A stretch of 43,307 nt of DNA from Gemmatimonadales bacterium. Lineage in GTDB: Bacteria; Gemmatimonadota; Gemmatimonadetes; Gemmatimonadales; GWC2-71-9. The DNA lies in contig JACDHV010000003.1 in assembly GCA_013820855.1 (NCBI GenBank), forward strand, positions 1-43,307, read 5' to 3'. Numbering within the stretch: position 1 is the first letter of the stretch; the number at the start of each line of letters is the position of its first letter. This document shows positions 38,860 through 43,307 of the stretch, piece by piece. Made by a program: the position numbers and the translations under genes. Under the pieces are notes generated by a model, which was given only the letters and a program-made list of their open reading frames with translations, searched no databases and was not told the DNA's origin.

Positions 38860-40206
38860 TCAGGCAGCGGACCGCGCGAAGAACTCCCGCTGCAGCCGGC
38901 GCAGCAATGGGATGGAGAGAAGTACCGAAATCAGGTTCGGGATGGCCATCAGGCCGTTCAGCGTGTCCGCGATGTCCCACACCACGTGCAGGGACCCCAC
39001 GGCGCCCAGATAGATGAATACCAGCCAGAGGAGCCGGTACGGAACCGCGGCGCGGCTGCCGAGCAGGTACACGATACCGGTCTCGCCGTAAAAGCTCCAC
39101 CCGATCAGCGTGGAGAACGCGAACAGCACCAGCGCGGTCGTGACGACCAAATGGCCCCACTCGCCGGGCAGGCCGGCGGCGAACGCACGGCCGCTCAGCG
39201 CGGCCCCCGTCTCACCGCTCTCCCATGCGCCTGTCACCAGGATCACCAGCCCGGTCGTGGTGCAGATCAGCAGCGTATCGACGAACACCTCGAATATGCC
39301 GTACATGCCCTGGCGGACGGGGTGGTCGGTGCTGGCGGCGGCGTGCACCAGCGGCGCGCTGCCCAGCCCGGCTTCGTTCGAGAACAGCCCGCGCGCGATG
39401 CCGTAGCGCAAGGCCAGCATGATCGTGCTGCCCGCGAAGCCTCCGGTGGCCGCGCTGCCGCTGAAGGCGCCCTCGAAGACCAACCCGAAAGCGCCGGGAA
39501 TCTCGGGCAGGTGGGTGAGGAGCACCACCAGAGTGCCGGCGACGTACAGGATCGCCATGAAGGGCACCAGGACCTCGGCGAAGGCGGCGATGCGCCGAAT
39601 CCCGCCGAGGATCACCATGCCGGCGAGGACGACCAGCACTCCGCCGACGAGCGCCGGTGCGACCCCGAAGCTGGCCTGGAGACTCTGCGCCACGGAATTC
39701 GCCTGCACCATGTTGCCGATGCCGAAGGCGGCGAGGGACGTGAACAGCGCGAAGACGCCGCCCAACCAGGGCAGCCCGATTTTCCTGAGCGTGTACATCG
39801 CGCCGCCTCGCATGATCCCCGACGCGTCTCTCTCCCGGTAGTGGAGCGCCACCACGATCTCGGCGAACTTGGTTCCCATGCCGAGCAGCCCGGAAATCCA
39901 CAGCCAGAAGAGGGAGCCCGGCCCGCCGATCGCGATCGCGGTCGCCACCCCCGCGATGTTGCCGACTCCGACCGTCGAGGCCAGCGCGGTGGCGACCGCC
40001 TGGAAAGGTGTGACGCTGCCCTCTCCGGTGGAGGGCCGTCGCAACCTTCCCAGAACTTCGCCGAGCGCGGTGCCGAGGTGCCGGAACTGCACGCCGCGGG
40101 TGACGAACAGGAGAAGAAGCCCGGTGCCCATCAGCAGCACCAGCATCGGTGGCCCCCAGACGAGGCCGTTCAGCCACGCGTTCGCGCGGGTGATGAGATC
40201 GAGCAT
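38860..40206 (-). CDS. Alanine/glycine:cation symporter (AGCS, AlsT-like)
   Basis: TVGVGNIAGVATAI.GGPG, RGGAMY, GNMVQAN, RGLFSNEAGLGSAP, MAIPNL. Confidence 0.95.
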   Translation of the reverse strand: MLDLITRANAWLNGLVWGPPMLVLLMGTGLLLLFVTRGVQFRHLGTALGEVLGRLRRPSTGEGSVTPFQAVATALASTVGVGNIAGVATAIAIGGPGSLFWLWISGLLGMGTKFAEIVVALHYRERDASGIMRGGAMYTLRKIGLPWLGGVFALFTSLAAFGIGNMVQANSVAQSLQASFGVAPALVGGVLVVLAGMVILGGIRRIAAFAEVLVPFMAILYVAGTLVVLLTHLPEIPGAFGLVFEGAFSGSAATGGFAGSTIMLALRYGIARGLFSNEAGLGSAPLVHAAASTDHPVRQGMYGIFEVFVDTLLICTTTGLVILVTGAWESGETGAALSGRAFAAGLPGEWGHLVVTTALVLFAFSTLIGWSFYGETGIVYLLGSRAAVPYRLLWLVFIYLGAVGSLHVVWDIADTLNGLMAIPNLISVLLSIPLLRRLQREFFARSAA

Positions 40207-40350
40207 GTGGTCGCAGGTTCCGAGGGTTGATGGTCCGAGTGGGTTCCGCTGGGGCGCCGAAAGCTGGTGACATGACGGGACTTTGGGTAGCGGGGGAGGA
40301 CGGCGCACCTATTGCTGTTTGGGAGGTGTCCCCCAACGGAAGCCGCTCGA

Positions 40351-40996
40351 ATGCCCATGGACAGCCTCAACCGTTCCGCCGTGGCGCGCTACGCTCTCGC
40401 GGTCTGCGGCATGCTGGCGCTCTCCGCCTGCGCCTCGAAGTACGCGCAGGTTCCTGCGCGGCTCGACCTCCGTCCATACGGCAGAGTCGCGCTGGTCACC
40501 TTCGTGAGCGACGAGGAGCACCGGGCGATGAGTGTGTTGGCCACCCAGCAATTCGCCGAGAAGCTGCTCGCCGGCCAGCCCGGCATCGAGCTTCTCGAGC
40601 TCGGCGCATCGGATTCTGTGGTCAAGCGCCTCCCGCCGGGCACCGACCCGATCGTGCTGGCCCAGGCCCTCGGGGAGGGGGGGGAACATCCCGGCGGTGT
40701 TCGTCGGACAGCTCAAGGTTTCAGGGATGAAGCCGCGGGCGCGCCTCAATGTCAGCGACGTGAACGTGCGGGCCACCGTGTCGGCCGAAATGACGGTGCG
40801 CCTCCTCTCCACCCGCACTGGTGGCACGCTGTGGCGCTCGAGCTCGGCTGCCAGCGGTACGGTGGGGCGGGTCGCGCTCGCCGGCGGTTTGCCCTCCGTT
40901 GCCCTGCGGGATACCGAGGAGGCCCACGGCGAGATCGTGCGCTCGCTCGTGGCCGACGTGACGCGCGACCTGAGGCCCACGTGGGTGAAGCAGTGA
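40351..40996 (+). pseudogene. Lipoprotein with a +1 frameshift in a G8 run (40677-40684)
   Basis: LSAC lipobox in frame 40312; continues NIPAVFVG..TGGTLW in frame 40532. Confidence 0.7.
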
Positions 40997-40998
40997 CA

Positions 40999-41472
40999 TC
41001 ACAGGACCCAGGCGGCACTCGAGAGCACCAGCGCGCCACCGGCCCGGTCGGGTAGCGCGAGGCCCTGCCAGACCCGAATCAGGAGTACGTACCGAGGCAG
41101 CCGTGCGAGCGAGAGGCTGAGGGCGTAGACCATCGGCCGTGGCCGGACGGACAGCAATGCGATCCGGATGACGGTGTACGGGATCGGCAGCAGCGCGACG
41201 AGCACGACCGCGACATAGAAGCTCCTCCCGGCGCGGGACATCGCCACCGCCCGTGTTTTCCCTCCGGCCCATCGCCGCCCCGCGGCGCCGATCACCGCGA
41301 CGTCCACCAGGCCCGCCCGCCCCGCACGCCCACTGCCCAGCGCGGCGAAGACAGAGGCTTCGCGAAAGGTGTGTCGGGCGGCGAACCGGAGCAGCACGCA
41401 GTCGAACGGCAGCGGAAAGGCGGTATTGGTCACCACCGCCAGCGGAATGAACCGCGGCAGGTCGGCGGCCAC
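40999..41472 (-). CDS. Membrane protein, VTT/DedA-like, probably degenerate
   Basis: NTAFPLPFD, ALLPIPY, ARLPRY; an in-frame TGA lies just upstream of the GTG. Confidence 0.5.
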   Translation of the reverse strand: MAADLPRFIPLAVVTNTAFPLPFDCVLLRFAARHTFREASVFAALGSGRAGRAGLVDVAVIGAAGRRWAGGKTRAVAMSRAGRSFYVAVVLVALLPIPYTVIRIALLSVRPRPMVYALSLSLARLPRYVLLIRVWQGLALPDRAGGALVLSSAAWVL

Positions 41473-42143
41473 CGCTCAGGCCGCCTGTACGCCGCCACGC
41501 CGGGGGCAGGGCATCGTGGGGTACACTCCGTGGGGCGCCGCCGCCGCGAAGTCCAGAGCACCGCGGTGCGCTGCCGCTCGAACATCGGCGCACGACTCCA
41601 GGGGATGCGGCGATTGAAGGAGCGGAGGGGATGGGACAGCAGCTGGCTGAGCGGCGTCTCGTGGACGACCAGCCCACCGGGCGCGAGCACCCGGGCTATC
41701 TCCTCCAGCGCGATCTCGGGCCGCGCGATGTGATAGCAGGTGCCGAAATCGATGACCAGATCGAATGCGGCATCCGGGAAGGGCATGCGCCGGACATCGG
41801 CCGGCACGAGCTCGGCGGTGGCGCCGGCATGCGCCAGCCGCAGCCGGGCCTCGTCCAGAAAATCGGCCTCGACATCGAGCCCGACGAGGCGCGACGGCCG
41901 CAGCAGTTTGTCCAGCACCGGCAGTGCCACCCCGCGCCCGCAGCCGATCTCGAGCACCCGTCCGTGCGAGGGGAGGCCGAGAGCGCGAATCATCAGCGGG
42001 ACTTCGAGTGATTCCTGCCGGGAGTTCCGGCCCTCCTCGTTGGGGAAGGGCCGGTACTCCCTGTCGGCGTGGTATGCGGCGGCGCCGGGGAAGTGAGGCG
42101 CGTCAGGAATCCTGACGGCGGGGCGGACCCCTGCGGGTGCCAT
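41430..42143 (-). CDS. Class I SAM-dependent methyltransferase
   Basis: VLEIGCGRG, GLD, ADVRRMPFPDAAFDLV, EIARVLAPGG; 3' end runs into the next gene. Confidence 0.88.
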   Translation of the reverse strand: MAPAGVRPAVRIPDAPHFPGAAAYHADREYRPFPNEEGRNSRQESLEVPLMIRALGLPSHGRVLEIGCGRGVALPVLDKLLRPSRLVGLDVEADFLDEARLRLAHAGATAELVPADVRRMPFPDAAFDLVIDFGTCYHIARPEIALEEIARVLAPGGLVVHETPLSQLLSHPLRSFNRRIPWSRAPMFERQRTAVLWTSRRRRPTECTPRCPAPGVAAYRRPERWPPTCRGSFRWRW

Positions 42144-42363
42144 GAGCCGCTCCGGTTGAGGTGGGCGATCCGATCGCACCGCACCGTACCAACCGGCCGT
42201 GACCTGTGTGTGACTCCGCTCCACGGCGTTGCCCACGGCCGCTCCGCGCCGTACCTTCACCCATCGGCAGCCAGCCGGATCTGCCGGCCCCGCGCACACC
42301 CCTCGCGCACCCCAGTCGTCACCCGACCGTCACTCGGAGGCATCCCGTGCCCCCCGGCGTCCC

Positions 42364-43160
42364 CAGGAGCAGGTGATCCTGAACCTCGCGCTCAATGCCA
42401 GGGACGCGATGCCGCGGGGTGGACGCTTCACCGTCGCCACCTCGCTGGAGCGGCTGGACGCTCGCTTTGCCGCGCGCTATCCCGGCATCGAGATCCGGCC
42501 GGGCGACTACGCTCGCGTCACGGTCACTGACACCGGTGTCGGAATGGACGCCGAGACCCTGGCGCGGGCCTTCGAGCCGTTCTTCACCACCAAGCCCGTC
42601 GGCGAAGGAAGCGGTCTCGGTCTCGCCACTGTGTACGGGATCGTGAAACAGTCGAACGGGTACATCTGGGGTGAGAGCGGTACCGGCGCGGGGACCACCT
42701 GGCACATGTACCTGCCCCGGGTGGTGGGACAACAGGCCGGGCGCGGTCCCGAATACGCCGAGTCGCTCCCCCTCGAGCGACGCGCCGAGACGGTTCTGGT
42801 GGTGGATGACGAGCCGATGATGCGGGCGCTGGCGCGGCGGGCCCTCGAGATCTACGGCTACACGGTGCTGGAGGCGGAGCACGGCCGAGCGGCGGTGCAG
42901 CGATGGCCGCCGGTGACCACCAGGTGGCCGCCGTAGTGGCCGATATCGTCATGCCCGAGATGGATGGAAAGGCACTGGGTGAGTGGCTGCGGGCCTCGTA
43001 CCCCGGCCTGCCCGTCCTCTACATGTCGGGGCACACCGGCGACGATCTGGCGCGGCGAAACCTGCTGGAGCCCGGCGTGTGCATCCTCCAGAAGCCGTTT
43101 CGGCCGGACGAGCTGGTCGCGCGCGTGCAGGAGCTGGTGACGGGCCGGAAGGCGACATGA
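42364..43160 (+). pseudogene. Hybrid sensor kinase remnant (HATPase + receiver), N-terminus missing, frameshift at ~42902
   Basis: EQVILNLALNARDAM, DTGVGM, EPFFTTK, GLGLATVYGIV, LVVDDE / DIVMPEMDG..LQKPF; no H-box upstream. Confidence 0.85.
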
Positions 43161-43204
43161 CCCGGGGCCTGCCTCACCTTCCGATGGTTCCGCTCGCACT
43201 GCTA
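43157..43204 (+). pseudogene. 5' stub of a gene interrupted by IS630
   Basis: ATGA-coupled start, MTRGLPHLPMVPLALL (signal-peptide-like), ending at CTAG. Confidence 0.45.
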
Positions 43205-43307
43205 GTGTGAAGTCCCAGAGATTCTTTTCGTAAGTCGCTCGATCTTGGCCAGGATACTATCGGCCGTGGCGGTCCACTGGAAGGGCCGCGCGGTCTCGTT
43301 GTAACTC
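43202..43307 (-). mobile_element. IS630-family element: transposase C-terminus and element end
   Basis: Minus strand reads SYNETARPFQWTATADSILAKIERLTKRISGTSH*, with the stop inside CTAG; GC drops; the contig ends inside it. Confidence 0.85.

Noticed and set aside
40207-40350. Glycine riboswitch upstream of the alanine/glycine symporter
   Set aside because: The minus strand lacks the GGAGA..CCGAAG..CTCAGG core
30464-41480. TGA-to-Trp recoding suggested by in-frame TGAs (30464, 33382, ~41476)
   Set aside because: Many intact genes here end in TGA, often in ATGA/TGATG overlaps, and Trp is encoded by TGG throughout
1-43307. CRISPR arrays, tRNA/rRNA, prophage or defence systems
   Set aside because: No regularly spaced repeats, RNA gene signatures or cas/phage motifs were seen by eye

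Overview
This is a high-GC bacterial window; the gene style is most consistent with Gemmatimonadota, but that is inference only. Bases 1-14.6 kb hold a tandem array of five ~800-aa duplicated MacB/FtsX-type ABC permeases (one partial, one frameshifted), a 26-aa permease remnant, two ABC ATPases and an NtrC-like/histidine kinase pair. Next come mscL and a membrane protein + wHTH regulator + uppS module carrying a repeated ACTTTG-N5-CAAAGT-like palindrome. These are followed by VOC, amidohydrolase, YciI, DEAD-box helicase, GNAT, DUF4403- and DUF2380-like genes, a Rieske protein with a truncated cytochrome b, and a decayed stretch (26-28.2 kb). Further along are MocA-like, TupA-like ATP-grasp, broken AlkZ, BNR-repeat and BaiN genes. 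Then come a RuBisCO-like protein (KDDH type) coupled to a cupin (an MTA-isoprenoid-shunt-like pair), an antenna-bearing glutamate dehydrogenase, an alanine symporter, a methyltransferase, a hybrid-kinase remnant and the end of an IS630 element at the right edge. Frameshifts, internal deletions and lost start codons are unusually frequent; from sequence alone I cannot tell real decay from sequencing or assembly error. All family calls are by motif recognition and no searches were run.
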